DNA of 64,000 nt from a phage. Under the pieces are notes generated by a model. That model did not search any database and was not told the origin of the DNA. It saw only the letters and a program-made list of their open reading frames with translations. The position numbers and the translations under genes were made by a program. The stretch lies in the NCBI GenBank assembly GCA_029220445.1, contig GCA_029220445.1_3666.1; one strand, given 5' to 3'. Shown here piece after piece: positions 1-8,957 of the stretch; positions within the stretch are counted from its first letter, which is position 1; the number at the start of each line of letters is the position of its first letter.

Positions 1-203
1 TCAGGGAATGCTCCCAAAGACTTCATGTCTGAGCCCTTGACAAATACAAGGTTTTGATCAAAAGCTTCTTGGGGATCAATCCGATACATATTTCGTAGAA
101 TATCGCTTACCTCCTCATCAAGAGGTGAGTATGCTGTGCACGTTTTTCCGATCAAGCTTTGAGAATCAGGGTATCCACCTGAAGTTTTAAAATAAACAAT
201 CAT
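1..203 (-). CDS. small protein of the acidic-tail paralog family (3' end cut by window edge)
   Basis: ATG at 203 (complement) preceded by GAGGTG; translation MIVYFKTSGGYPD...VFVKGSDMKSLGA shares the G-K...V.VKG.D...AGA core with ORFs 1821-2075, 2065-2292 and 5624-5857. Confidence 0.45.
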   Translation of the reverse strand, partial: MIVYFKTSGGYPDSQSLIGKTCTAYSPLDEEVSDILRNMYRIDPQEAFDQNLVFVKGSDMKSLGAFP

Positions 204-294
204 ATAGTATCACCTCTGGTAAGAGATTGGGATTCCTTTCCCACAAATAATTACAAATCTTCCTTATCGAGGAAGTATGCTAATCCAAGCAGGA

Positions 295-564
295 TTATTC
301 CTCTACAATCTCATACACATCAGGAGTTACAATCAACTCTTCTCCGTTACCCGGTGCAACAAACACCACCAAACCTTCAGGTGTGTGCTTTTTAGCCATC
401 TCGATAACATCTTCGCGCAGAGCTGGCTCCATCAGATCAAAACCTTCACCCAGGGCATCACTAACCACCTTCATATAGTCCACTGGTTGTGCTTCAACAA
501 TCATGCCTTCAACCAGTCCACAGTTTTTGTCTGCCAGCTCAGTTTTGAATAATTTAATTTTCAT
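295..564 (-). CDS. hypothetical small acidic protein ending ...YEIVEE
   Basis: 89-aa ORF in the tight minus-strand array; C-terminal EIVEE motif shared with neighbours. Confidence 0.5.
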   Translation of the reverse strand: MKIKLFKTELADKNCGLVEGMIVEAQPVDYMKVVSDALGEGFDLMEPALREDVIEMAKKHTPEGLVVFVAPGNGEELIVTPDVYEIVEE

Positions 565-701
565 TTAGAGGTCTCCTCAATTATTTGATATTAATAGCCG
601 TAACCTAACACATTAACTACAATTGCGATTGCAAACATAATTTCAAAGCATGCAATCTCTACATTTGGGACTAATTTCTTAATCACACCCATTGTAGCAC
701 C

Positions 702-1019
702 TCATTCTCCAAAGTCAATCTTTACTTTGCCTTTCCCCTTACCTTTCTTTCCACCACATTTAGCCAGCTGACGTGCTGCAACATCTACCATACGGTCAGT
801 TGCCTCGTAAGCATCACTGCCTTTAGCTTTGGCAATAACTTCTTTTCCAGAATTGTCAAAAATGAACGCCATAACTTCCTGGTGATCATTTTCAACTTTT
901 ACACTCACACGTGCATAGTTGGCAGAGGGGTGCAAACGCTCCAGCTTAGACATTTTGTGGGAAATGAAAGACACCATACCTTCAGTGATTTCTACGTTGC
1001 CAGTGATTTCAATTTGCAT
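702..1019 (-). CDS. ribosome hibernation promoting factor / RaiA-like protein (S30AE family)
   Basis: MQIEITGNVEITEGM...KLERL...VSVKVEN...GSDAYEATDRMVDVAARQLAK aligns by eye along its length with bacterial HPF/YfiA (MQLNITGNNVEITEAL...ARQLTK); AAGGAA Shine-Dalgarno upstream. Confidence 0.8.
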   Translation of the reverse strand: MQIEITGNVEITEGMVSFISHKMSKLERLHPSANYARVSVKVENDHQEVMAFIFDNSGKEVIAKAKGSDAYEATDRMVDVAARQLAKCGGKKGKGKGKVKIDFGE

Positions 1020-1101
1020 AACGTGTTCCTTTTAAAGAAGAGGGAACCAAACCCTCTTTGAAAACAATGATACTAAATCTGAAGCGTTGTGTCAACAGTT
1101 T

Positions 1102-1392
1102 TTACAGATTGTTGTCGATAGTATTTAAAATATCTACAGCAAGATCTGCCATTTTTCGAACATACTCTGCAAACTCAACAGGATCCTTGATCAAAGAATT
1201 TACAGGGTCGTACCCTAGAGCGTTCAAAATGGCTGCAGCATCTACAACCTTTTCATCATTTGCAAAGATCTCTCCGTCAAACTTATAGGTCCATTTTGAG
1301 TCAATCTTGGCAGGGCATGGCTGGTCCATGCTTGTTACACCATCGTCTTTAACCTCTCCTGCGTTATCAATATTCAGAACTAAATCCATCAT
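1102..1392 (-). CDS. hypothetical acidic protein
   Basis: 96-aa ORF packed between neighbours on the same strand. Confidence 0.45.
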   Translation of the reverse strand: MMDLVLNIDNAGEVKDDGVTSMDQPCPAKIDSKWTYKFDGEIFANDEKVVDAAAILNALGYDPVNSLIKDPVEFAEYVRKMADLAVDILNTIDNNL

Positions 1393-1409
1393 AGTGGCAC
1401 CTCACTGTT

Positions 1410-1808
1410 TCAGTTTAGCTTTTCTTCAACAACCCCATAGCTTGGGACAGAATCAAGAGCTTTCTGGTTTAAAAGTGGTGTAGCAGAATCTGCAAACGGT
1501 GTCCAAGTTTTTGTTCTGGAATTCCAGTAATGCTTCACTCTGGAATCTGGATGCACTATAACAAAAACTTTTTCACTTGTCAACACATTAATTTCTTCTA
1601 CACCCTTGCTGATAATTTCTCCGTCATAGCCCCCAGTCTGGTATCCTTCGTACCAGGTTCTTGCATAGGCATAGCCAGCCTGCCAGCATGCAGCCTCCTC
1701 CGAGGTGGAGACTACGTAGAAGTCCTTCTCAAATTCCGGAATACGCCCTTGCTTTACGCTCCAAGCTCCGCGAATTTTCATTGTAACTTTGAACAGTTTA
1801 TTTTTCAC
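1410..1808 (-). CDS. hypothetical protein (C-terminus ...GVVEEKLN)
   Basis: 132-aa ORF, same strand, short intergenic gaps. Confidence 0.5.
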   Translation of the reverse strand: MKNKLFKVTMKIRGAWSVKQGRIPEFEKDFYVVSTSEEAACWQAGYAYARTWYEGYQTGGYDGEIISKGVEEINVLTSEKVFVIVHPDSRVKHYWNSRTKTWTPFADSATPLLNQKALDSVPSYGVVEEKLN

Positions 1809-1820
1809 AACGGTTACCCA

Positions 1821-2075
1821 TCACAGCTCTACAATATCTGCATCTGACCCTACCCCAAAGGCATAATAGGACTCTTCCCCGAAATAATATTCAGGTGCAC
1901 CAGCGGTGATCAGGTCTGATCCTAAGATAAACACCACGTTGTGGCCTACATAACTGTGATGTTGCCGCACAGGATCATCCCACGGCAACCCTTCAAAGTA
2001 TACCGCAGGGACGACCTTTCCTTTCAGGAAGGATTGCCCCAAGTAGACGTTAGAATCAAGAATTTTAACCTTCAT
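1821..2075 (-). CDS. small protein of the acidic-tail paralog family
   Basis: MKVKILDSNVYLGQ...GSDLITAGA...DIVEL; paralogous to 2065-2292 and 5624-5857. Confidence 0.5.
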   Translation of the reverse strand: MKVKILDSNVYLGQSFLKGKVVPAVYFEGLPWDDPVRQHHSYVGHNVVFILGSDLITAGAPEYYFGEESYYAFGVGSDADIVEL

Positions 2076-2292
2076 GATCGTCCTCCACTATCTCTACATC
2101 CTCACCTAGGGCAAAGTTGTAGGTCCACTGACTGTCAAAGCATTCCTGAGATGCACCAGCGGCAATAAGATCTGCCCCTTTTATTTTTAAAAGGTCAGGG
2201 TAATCTTCGTTAGGGACAGCAGTAAACACTTTCCCCACTAAAGGCTCCTGACCAATATAGAATCTTGAATCTAAAACTTTAACTTTCATCAA
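2065..2292 (-). CDS. small protein of the acidic-tail paralog family
   Basis: MMKVKVLDSRFYIGQ...KGADLIAAGA...EIVEDDHEG; tandem with 1821-2075. Confidence 0.5.
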   Translation of the reverse strand: MMKVKVLDSRFYIGQEPLVGKVFTAVPNEDYPDLLKIKGADLIAAGASQECFDSQWTYNFALGEDVEIVEDDHEG

Positions 2293-2576
2293 CGGTCTCC
2301 ATCAGGTGGTTGTGGGACGTAAACACTGTTACGAATATCGTCCGCAGTATAGTAATAAGTGTCTCCAACCCTATCTCTGGCTGCAATGTACTCTGCTATA
2401 CCAATAAGTGCCATTGATTTGGTGGCGTATCTTCCCCACTCGTTAGCTCCCCAGTAGAATTTAGACCAATAGGGAATAAGACCGAACAAATATACCTTTT
2501 GACGAACTTCCCAGTAAGTGCCTTTCCCGACAAGTTTAAACTCAACTTCACCACTGTTAATCTTTTTCATTATCAA
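2289..2576 (-). CDS. hypothetical protein
   Basis: 95-aa ORF with 4-nt overlaps to both neighbours. Confidence 0.45.
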   Translation of the reverse strand: MIMKKINSGEVEFKLVGKGTYWEVRQKVYLFGLIPYWSKFYWGANEWGRYATKSMALIGIAEYIAARDRVGDTYYYTADDIRNSVYVPQPPDGDR

Positions 2577-2869
2577 TCTCCCTCTACCGTGGTCGGATTG
2601 TCAGTAAGAAATTGAGCATTAGCTGGAGGCACACCTGACATTTTCCACACGACCATAAGTTTGTAACCAGGCACTCTATTAAGCGCAGATCGAGTAGAGT
2701 TTGTGCACGTATACTTTCGCTTTCCAAACCCGTTCTCCATCATAATCCAGTACCCAGTATCTTTGTCACCAGGTATTGGTAGACCACCTTCATCAACCCA
2801 CTGAATGGACCACGGCACGATGGCTACAGCTTTATATTTAAACTTTTTAAACCACTCAAAAAGTTTCAT
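2573..2869 (-). CDS. hypothetical protein
   Basis: 98-aa ORF, overlapping stop/start with neighbours. Confidence 0.45.
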   Translation of the reverse strand: MKLFEWFKKFKYKAVAIVPWSIQWVDEGGLPIPGDKDTGYWIMMENGFGKRKYTCTNSTRSALNRVPGYKLMVVWKMSGVPPANAQFLTDNPTTVEGD

Positions 2870-3054
2870 AATTCAGCCTCGCTTGGCAACTCTTCCACCT
2901 TAACATGCCGAAAAGTGTTACCGTAATGGTTGATCCATGACATCAGCTCACTTTCTTGCTCTTCCTCTGGGATGAACTCTCGAATACTGACAAGTTTTAA
3001 GAAAACCCAATCACAATCTGCACCCATTCTACCAGACAGACAATAGTGCTTCAT
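2866..3054 (-). CDS. hypothetical protein
   Basis: 62-aa ORF in operon-like array. Confidence 0.4.
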   Translation of the reverse strand: MKHYCLSGRMGADCDWVFLKLVSIREFIPEEEQESELMSWINHYGNTFRHVKVEELPSEAEL

Positions 3055-3073
3055 AAAAACCCTCCATCCTGGT

Positions 3074-3274
3074 TTAGAATACTGCCTCTTTTAATGATCC
3101 AAGGAGCAGCAGGTGTGAAATCTGATCCACATCCATGGTAGATTCAATCTCCTCTTTTTTGAAAGGTTCTCGGCAAAACAGTACTACATTTGGGTTTTCG
3201 CTACGCACTATATAATACAGATCGTTCAAATCATTCTCATAGTAGGTATTAAATTTAAGAATTTTGTCACTCAT
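3074..3274 (-). CDS. hypothetical protein
   Basis: 66-aa ORF. Confidence 0.4.
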   Translation of the reverse strand: MSDKILKFNTYYENDLNDLYYIVRSENPNVVLFCREPFKKEEIESTMDVDQISHLLLLGSLKEAVF

Positions 3275-3558
3275 TTTCTAATCCTCTTCTTAGATTTTTG
3301 TGCAGAAACGCTTTCTGCAATACGAGACAGGCGTTCTTCTGAAGCTTTACCTACCCCAGGTTTCTTGAGCGGGTTATCTTTATGACCGCAATCCAATTGG
3401 ATGCTAGATACCTCCCCAACCTTGTAAGTCAATTCTAACAAAAGGTTGTCGTCCTTGTCAAATGTTTTTACGATAAATTTTTTATCGTCCTCCTGAACTT
3501 CATACCTAGTACCTGCAGTATACAGCATGGTGCCATCAGTGTAGGATATCCAAATCAT
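3271..3558 (-). CDS. hypothetical protein
   Basis: 95-aa ORF with basic C-terminus. Confidence 0.45.
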   Translation of the reverse strand: MIWISYTDGTMLYTAGTRYEVQEDDKKFIVKTFDKDDNLLLELTYKVGEVSSIQLDCGHKDNPLKKPGVGKASEERLSRIAESVSAQKSKKRIRK

Positions 3559-3902
3559 TGCACCTCCTTCTGCTGCAACAGCATTAACTCTTTGTTGGAA
3601 ATCTTTACTGCTGTCTTTATTGTTCCATCTTCACGGAACCACGACCAGAATTCTACAGTGTCACCACTATCAAGCAAGGCATGACCATGGTAAAAATCCT
3701 TGTCCTTAGACAGTTTCTCATCTATATCTGCATCGACACACTCGTGATCCATAGCATTTTGCCTGAATGCATCGGTTATGCCAATGCATGCCTTGCTCTC
3801 AAGACTGGTATATCCGATATCTTTTAATTCAGTTTCCCAAGTCCAGTATCCTACAAAAGCCACAACAGCTACCCACATTAATATCGATTTAATCTTTGAC
3901 AT
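3555..3902 (-). CDS. hypothetical membrane-anchored protein
   Basis: N-terminal hydrophobic segment ILMWVAVVAFVGYW. Confidence 0.45.
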   Translation of the reverse strand: MSKIKSILMWVAVVAFVGYWTWETELKDIGYTSLESKACIGITDAFRQNAMDHECVDADIDEKLSKDKDFYHGHALLDSGDTVEFWSWFREDGTIKTAVKISNKELMLLQQKEVQ

Positions 3903-3962
3903 TCTCTCTACCTCTTTCTTAATTTGTTTAATTATGGCACATCCTTTGTGCCTTGTTGCACA

Positions 3963-4424
3963 CTACTTAAACAACAGTTCAAAATAGTGCAAAATTAACA
4001 GAAGTTGAATTACGCCTAGCACAACAGCAAGTATGTTAATCTTAGAATCAAAAAACTTCTTAACTTTTACCCTAAAAGGTTCCTTAATGTCCTTTACGAT
4101 CCTATCTATAGATGACCTCATATCCCTGATTACCATCCTGAACATTAAAGACGGATGATCCCTCTCTGTAACGGAATCGAAAACATACTCTCTTTGATCA
4201 CAAGGGCCGCCAGCTCTGCGTATTAACCTCTCCACAGAGACCTCGTACGACACACCTGTAACGTAATCATCTATGACAAGGAGTGACGGGTCTTTATCGT
4301 CCAAGGGTATCAAAGTTATCTTTCCAGATTTTGTTAAAATTTCTCCTTTTTCAAGTAAGGTGTACCAATGCTCTCTGCCAAGACTGTTGAGGCACGTTTT
4401 TACATATTTAACAAACATCGTCAC
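3963..4424 (-). CDS. hypothetical protein with C-terminal transmembrane anchor
   Basis: 153-aa ORF ending ILAVVLGVIQLLLILHYFELLFK. Confidence 0.45.
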   Translation of the reverse strand: MTMFVKYVKTCLNSLGREHWYTLLEKGEILTKSGKITLIPLDDKDPSLLVIDDYVTGVSYEVSVERLIRRAGGPCDQREYVFDSVTERDHPSLMFRMVIRDMRSSIDRIVKDIKEPFRVKVKKFFDSKINILAVVLGVIQLLLILHYFELLFK

Positions 4425-4606
4425 CCCTCATCGCACGTCTGATATAACCACTCTATAAAATCTTGATACCATTCGCCCTCTGAGCGCTCCGTAGGCCAAT
4501 AATCTTCACCCTCTCGTGCATTAAAATCTGAGTATTCAACTTTCCACTCCTTTACCAGCTCGTGGAGAAGGTTTTCAGCCTGCTCTAAAGATTTATTTTT
4601 TGCCAT
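4421..4606 (-). CDS. hypothetical protein
   Basis: track ORF 4421-4624 begins at TTG; ATG at 4606 (MAKNKSLEQ...) follows AAGGAGA. Confidence 0.4.
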   Translation of the reverse strand: MAKNKSLEQAENLLHELVKEWKVEYSDFNAREGEDYWPTERSEGEWYQDFIEWLYQTCDEG

Positions 4607-4825
4607 TGCTGTCTCCTTTTTCAAGATAGTTATACATCAGAACTGCACCACCTAAGATGGCTACCAGTAACAATACCCCAGATAGCATCTCAATAAACAT
4701 GGCTTGAAACACTGGAAGGTCTCCCTAAATTAACGCACCATTTTAAATACATGCTCTTTTCCCATAAAGGTGCCTGGCTAAGATCTGCGTAGAACGCAAT
4801 CTCTTTAAGAACAGTATAAACAGTT

Positions 4826-5062
4826 TTAGGTGCGGTCTCCATCCCTACTCTCCTTTTTCTCCTTACGGATATTCTTGTAGTAATCAACTAGGCACATTAT
4901 TACAATGAAGATAACAATAGGCCAAAAAGGTGCAGCAGTGATGATGGTGATAAAATCATCAAACTCCACCTTTCGTCTAGCTAAGATGCATACACCTGTC
5001 AAGAATACCGCTGTTATAACGGCTATTACCAGGTAACCTATTAGCACAGCATTTATACTCAT
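4826..5062 (-). CDS. small integral membrane protein
   Basis: 78 aa with two long hydrophobic stretches and a basic C-terminus. Confidence 0.4.
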   Translation of the reverse strand: MSINAVLIGYLVIAVITAVFLTGVCILARRKVEFDDFITIITAAPFWPIVIFIVIMCLVDYYKNIRKEKKESRDGDRT

Positions 5063-5093
5063 TAGTCCTCCCTTTTGTAGGTTAAATTATATA

Positions 5094-5627
5094 CTACAGA
5101 TGGTTGCTTATGGTGTCAAGAAAATTATCTCGTTCTTTCTCGGAGTTTTCACGGGTGTAGCTGAAAAACATATCTAGAATAACCTTATTGATATATTCCA
5201 GCTCCTCTGTGTTCAGGTACTTAGCAGGATCTACAATGACATCCCAAATATCATACAGACCACACTCATGATATCCATAACGCCACTCAATTGTCAAGCT
5301 GAGCGGCAAATCTTTACCGTCACAAACAACCTTCCATCTACATATGTTGGTATCTGGGCGTATCTGTGCACGGTATACCTGTACAAAATCCAATTTGAAT
5401 TTGAGGTATTCGTCATGCAATTTAAGCACAAAGCTCTCGATTTGTGGAGACACTTTTGCAGCAAACTGTGCGTATTTGTATTTGCACTGGATGATCTTTC
5501 TGCGTTTTGCAGTTAAATTTTTTGCCGCCAGTTGTTCTTCAGTGTATCTCCACCTACGATCAACAAACGCAACAGGGTCTTTGTCCCCATAGAGGTCTTC
5601 CCAGTTAATCAGAAGCATACCTGTCAC
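5094..5627 (-). CDS. hypothetical protein
   Basis: 177-aa ORF. Confidence 0.5.
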   Translation of the reverse strand: MTGMLLINWEDLYGDKDPVAFVDRRWRYTEEQLAAKNLTAKRRKIIQCKYKYAQFAAKVSPQIESFVLKLHDEYLKFKLDFVQVYRAQIRPDTNICRWKVVCDGKDLPLSLTIEWRYGYHECGLYDIWDVIVDPAKYLNTEELEYINKVILDMFFSYTRENSEKERDNFLDTISNHL

Positions 5628-5857
5628 TCCTCCACAACTTCAAGGCCTTTACCGCCTCGCTCTGGCAGATTACTTAAAGATAGGTAATACATATAATCAG
5701 GAGAGATCCTGCCAGACTCTGCACCTGCAGATAGTAAATCTTTTCCCTTAACCATGACAACATTATCGTTTGCAGATAGTCGTTTTGCTTCCACAATTTT
5801 ACCAACGCAGTCAACCAAGGAAGGGTACCCTAAATCTGTAAGAAATTTAACTTTCAT
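5624..5857 (-). CDS. small protein of the acidic-tail paralog family
   Basis: MKVKFLTDLGYPS...KGKDLLSAGA...GLEVVEE. Confidence 0.5.
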   Translation of the reverse strand: MKVKFLTDLGYPSLVDCVGKIVEAKRLSANDNVVMVKGKDLLSAGAESGRISPDYMYYLSLSNLPERGGKGLEVVEE

Positions 5858-5896
5858 GCTACCTCCTACTTCTACCGTCCCTGGTAAGATAAATTA

Positions 5897-6295
5897 TTAC
5901 TGAACAAAGCGCGGAGCTGGGAAGGATAACTCTTCTAAAGAGAAGATTTCATTCCCCACAATCCATGTTGCAGGATCATCTGGGTTGACTGGATAGATAA
6001 TCATCACCTCGTCAGTGTTACATACCCGCTTTTTACCTGTGGAGTCATCAGCAACCAGCATGCGCGGTTCTTCAGAAATGCACAGGTAGCCTCCTCGGCC
6101 CACTGTTCCTTCCACAGGGTCTTGCCCTTTGATCACGATGATTATCTTCTCTCCTGAGGCGATATTACCTTGCACACTCACCGTTTGACCAACCTTGGAT
6201 GTGCCAATCTTAGTGACTTCGAACATTACATCCCTAATTACTGTTGCATAATCGCCAGACACTTTCTTACCTTCTTTAGTGATCTCAATCTTCAT
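5897..6295 (-). CDS. hypothetical protein
   Basis: 132-aa ORF. Confidence 0.5.
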   Translation of the reverse strand: MKIEITKEGKKVSGDYATVIRDVMFEVTKIGTSKVGQTVSVQGNIASGEKIIIVIKGQDPVEGTVGRGGYLCISEEPRMLVADDSTGKKRVCNTDEVMIIYPVNPDDPATWIVGNEIFSLEELSFPAPRFVQ

Positions 6296-6564
6296 ACACT
6301 GGGCTCCTTAAATGAATCTATGTAATCAATTAAATCCCAAGCATCCCTATGACCTGTCAGAGGGTATACTTCTCCAAGAGGGATCATAGCAATAAGTCTA
6401 TCAAAAACCCAATCTGGACGCAACATTTTATGGTGATACTCCCACTCACCTTCTACAGACTTTTTCTGAGTGATCAGGATCTCTGTGTAGTGTTTCGCCT
6501 GTCTTGAGTAGATTGAGAATGACTTGTACATAAATGGCCCCCTCTTGTTGAAAACAAAATACAC
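6292..6564 (-). CDS. hypothetical protein
   Basis: 90-aa ORF. Confidence 0.45.
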   Translation of the reverse strand: MYFVFNKRGPFMYKSFSIYSRQAKHYTEILITQKKSVEGEWEYHHKMLRPDWVFDRLIAMIPLGEVYPLTGHRDAWDLIDYIDSFKEPSV

Positions 6565-6566
6565 TA

Positions 6567-6881
6567 CTACCAGGTCACTGTCAAGTAGGCAACTGTGTTA
6601 TTTTTCTCCGGAGAGATGCCAACAACATCCACCTGCAGGCCTCCTGCCCTCAAATCCCCAACAATGTGTGGGAAGTAGTCTGAGAGATGCGAGGGTAGAT
6701 TTATCGAAAATCCGCATCCCAGAAAGCCTGCTAACGCTTTATTTTGTATCTCCCCTACAATCGCATCATAAATGGAGTTAAGCTCGTCAGGGAGCGTTAC
6801 AGGACGTTTTAGCGCTAACTGGTGTAATTTGTCCTTAGCACTCATTTTCATTTCAGGTCTACCTCTGGTGGTGCCAACCAC
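6567..6881 (-). CDS. hypothetical protein
   Basis: 104-aa ORF. Confidence 0.45.
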   Translation of the reverse strand: MVGTTRGRPEMKMSAKDKLHQLALKRPVTLPDELNSIYDAIVGEIQNKALAGFLGCGFSINLPSHLSDYFPHIVGDLRAGGLQVDVVGISPEKNNTVAYLTVTW

Positions 6882-7381
6882 ATAAATGGCGGCAAGCCTA
6901 AACGGTTTTTCTTATCCCACACAAAATATGCATATGCTTGCCCGTCAGTTCTACCATTTGATTGAAATGACGGACGCTTAGATATTGTGATCACAGTGGT
7001 AGGTGCATTATCAAGCCACCATTCAAATCTGGCTTTGCTTTCCAGAAAATTAAGACGTAAAAGCATAATAACTACGTCAGCATCTTTCAACGCCTTGTCT
7101 ACAAACTCACGAGCTAAGCTGTATGGTGGGTTGGTGATAATACAGTCAACATGGTTGTATTCTGTATTCAGATAGTCAACACCTTCTTGGATTTCTCCCC
7201 ATGCAGATCCTAACGGCATACGGGAGTAGAACACACCTGAGGCACTATTCCTGCAAGGCTCTAAGTAGGTCCAGTCTTCTGGGAACGGAATAAGGTCATA
7301 CAGCCCTTCTGCACACCACTCCGGTGTCACATACTCATCGTAGGCGTTACGTTGTTCATCAGGTTTTCTAGCACAAGTCAT
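6848..7381 (-). CDS. small DNA N6-adenine methyltransferase-like protein
   Basis: DCIITNPPYS catalytic motif (NPPY) in a 177-aa protein. Confidence 0.6.
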   Translation of the reverse strand: MTCARKPDEQRNAYDEYVTPEWCAEGLYDLIPFPEDWTYLEPCRNSASGVFYSRMPLGSAWGEIQEGVDYLNTEYNHVDCIITNPPYSLAREFVDKALKDADVVIMLLRLNFLESKARFEWWLDNAPTTVITISKRPSFQSNGRTDGQAYAYFVWDKKNRLGLPPFMWLAPPEVDLK

Positions 7382-7432
7382 GCAAATCTCCAGATCATAA
7401 AAGCCCTCCGAAGAGGGCTTTAGAATTAATGT

Positions 7433-8482
7433 TTAAACTTCTTCGACAATTCCTGCACCCAGGATTTTTTCATTGAGCTCTTTTGCTGTTTTAATAATAT
7501 TATCTACCAGACGCTTGCGAGTCTTATCTTTCACCTTAACCTCTTCACCGCCGTTCAGAGTAGTCTTCAATTGAGACAGAATATCCTGAAGTTCAACGAC
7601 AGAGAATCTCTGCAGATCTTCTGAAGTAATCTCACCCAGGGCAATTCGGACGGTCTCGCCACTTTCCATCTGCAGATTCAGGAACACAGTGTGAACATCA
7701 CCTTTCGAACCACCCGCTTTTGCAGATTCAACAGCATGAACTAACTCATCTAAAGATGTGCACTGGTGAATCTCCGGAAGACCTGCTTCACCTAACACGC
7801 CTTCTTCATCACCTTTTGCCAGAAGCTTTTTCGGTTTTTGTCCGTTCTGGATGCGTTGTATGTTGCCTTCATCCAGAATAATAGCTCCAGTGCGTGCTGC
7901 CAGCTCTTCTCCGTCCAACCACACTTCGCCACCAGCTGTGATGGATGCGATCTCATCTTCTGTCAGCACCCCACCGTAGTATTTTTCGATTAAGCGTTCG
8001 AAATGTTTTTTCCAGTAGCTGACCTGAGTATTCATGTTCACACCGTTACCATAAGTGCCACCTTGGTAGTAGTGGAACATAAACTCTGTGTCCGGAGCCA
8101 CAGTGCGTTCTTTGCAACCCAGCCATAAGATTGTTCCCGCAGAGCAGCACATCCCTTCAGCATGTGCAACAACGCTTGCCTGAGACTCGCGGAATGCCTG
8201 CAGATAAGCCATTGCAATGTTCACGCAACCCCCAGGACTATTGATGATCACCCGAATGCTTTCTTCCGGCTGAGCCATACGGATCGTCTGCAGACGAGAC
8301 ATATGATCTTGTAAGTCTTCCAAATCGTCGATATAAAGAACGTGGTCAACAACTGGTGTTGGGTAGCTGTATGTTTCCATAATACCACCCGGCATACCGA
8401 ACATTTTATTACTCATAGGTTCGAAACCGTTCTGTTTTTCTTTCATGCCGTGTACCATGGTGCTACGAGGTGTTAAATTCAT
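7433..8482 (-). CDS. ClpP-like serine peptidase with C-terminal extension
   Basis: IRVIINSPGGCVNIAMAYLQAF...HAEGMCCSAGTILW matches the ClpP/S14 active-site region; about 150 aa of extra C-terminus ending GIVEEV. Confidence 0.7.
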   Translation of the reverse strand: MNLTPRSTMVHGMKEKQNGFEPMSNKMFGMPGGIMETYSYPTPVVDHVLYIDDLEDLQDHMSRLQTIRMAQPEESIRVIINSPGGCVNIAMAYLQAFRESQASVVAHAEGMCCSAGTILWLGCKERTVAPDTEFMFHYYQGGTYGNGVNMNTQVSYWKKHFERLIEKYYGGVLTEDEIASITAGGEVWLDGEELAARTGAIILDEGNIQRIQNGQKPKKLLAKGDEEGVLGEAGLPEIHQCTSLDELVHAVESAKAGGSKGDVHTVFLNLQMESGETVRIALGEITSEDLQRFSVVELQDILSQLKTTLNGGEEVKVKDKTRKRLVDNIIKTAKELNEKILGAGIVEEV

Positions 8483-8542
8483 GAGAAATCCTTAATATTG
8501 GAAGTTGAAAGCTATTTATTTAAACCTGATTCACATTTACCT

Positions 8543-8854
8543 TTATTTAGCAATCACTATAGAGTACTTACGATTGTCAGAAGCATCGCAGCTCAATGAT
8601 TGCCAGTCTACCACATACCACGTATCATTGTCAACAATCACTTTATCGCCTGTTCTGTAGCAGGTGCTGCTTTCAATAATCCGAGACTCGATAAAGAATC
8701 TGTGTCGGCGCTCACGTAGCAACGCTAAGTTGATTATATTGCCACCACTGTCCTTGATCCATACATTCTTGGATCCTTTATATGCCAGAATTGTCTCGCC
8801 GTTATAGACAAACAGGCAGTATATTTTATTTAGTTTCTCTTGTATTGTGGCCAT
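8543..8854 (-). CDS. hypothetical protein
   Basis: 103-aa ORF. Confidence 0.45.
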   Translation of the reverse strand: MATIQEKLNKIYCLFVYNGETILAYKGSKNVWIKDSGGNIINLALLRERRHRFFIESRIIESSTCYRTGDKVIVDNDTWYVVDWQSLSCDASDNRKYSIVIAK

Positions 8855-8957
8855 ACTATCTCCTTCTCCTTGTCTTGTCCGATAATAATATCTAAAGCTT
8901 ACCTGTTTGTCAACAACTGTTTTAGATATTTAAGGGTGGAATAACCACCCTTCTGTA

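Noticed and set aside
277-552. Plus-strand ORFs lying inside minus-strand genes (e.g. 277-552, 13819-14052, 19348-19767, 29030-29605) and minus-strand ORFs inside plus-strand genes (e.g. 43189-43485, 48745-49569, 61757-62254)
   Set aside because: Each is antisense to a longer ORF with recognisable protein motifs or consistent operon context; they lack ribosome-binding sites and have Cys/Ser/Arg-rich low-complexity translations.
4690-4887. 65-aa minus-strand ORF
   Set aside because: Largely overlaps the membrane-protein gene 4826-5062 in another frame and has a composition typical of a spurious frame.
7433-8482. ClpP-like protein as the prohead maturation protease
   Set aside because: It is encoded on the opposite strand about 31 kb from the head genes in the early block; it cannot be excluded but the position argues against a dedicated prohead protease.
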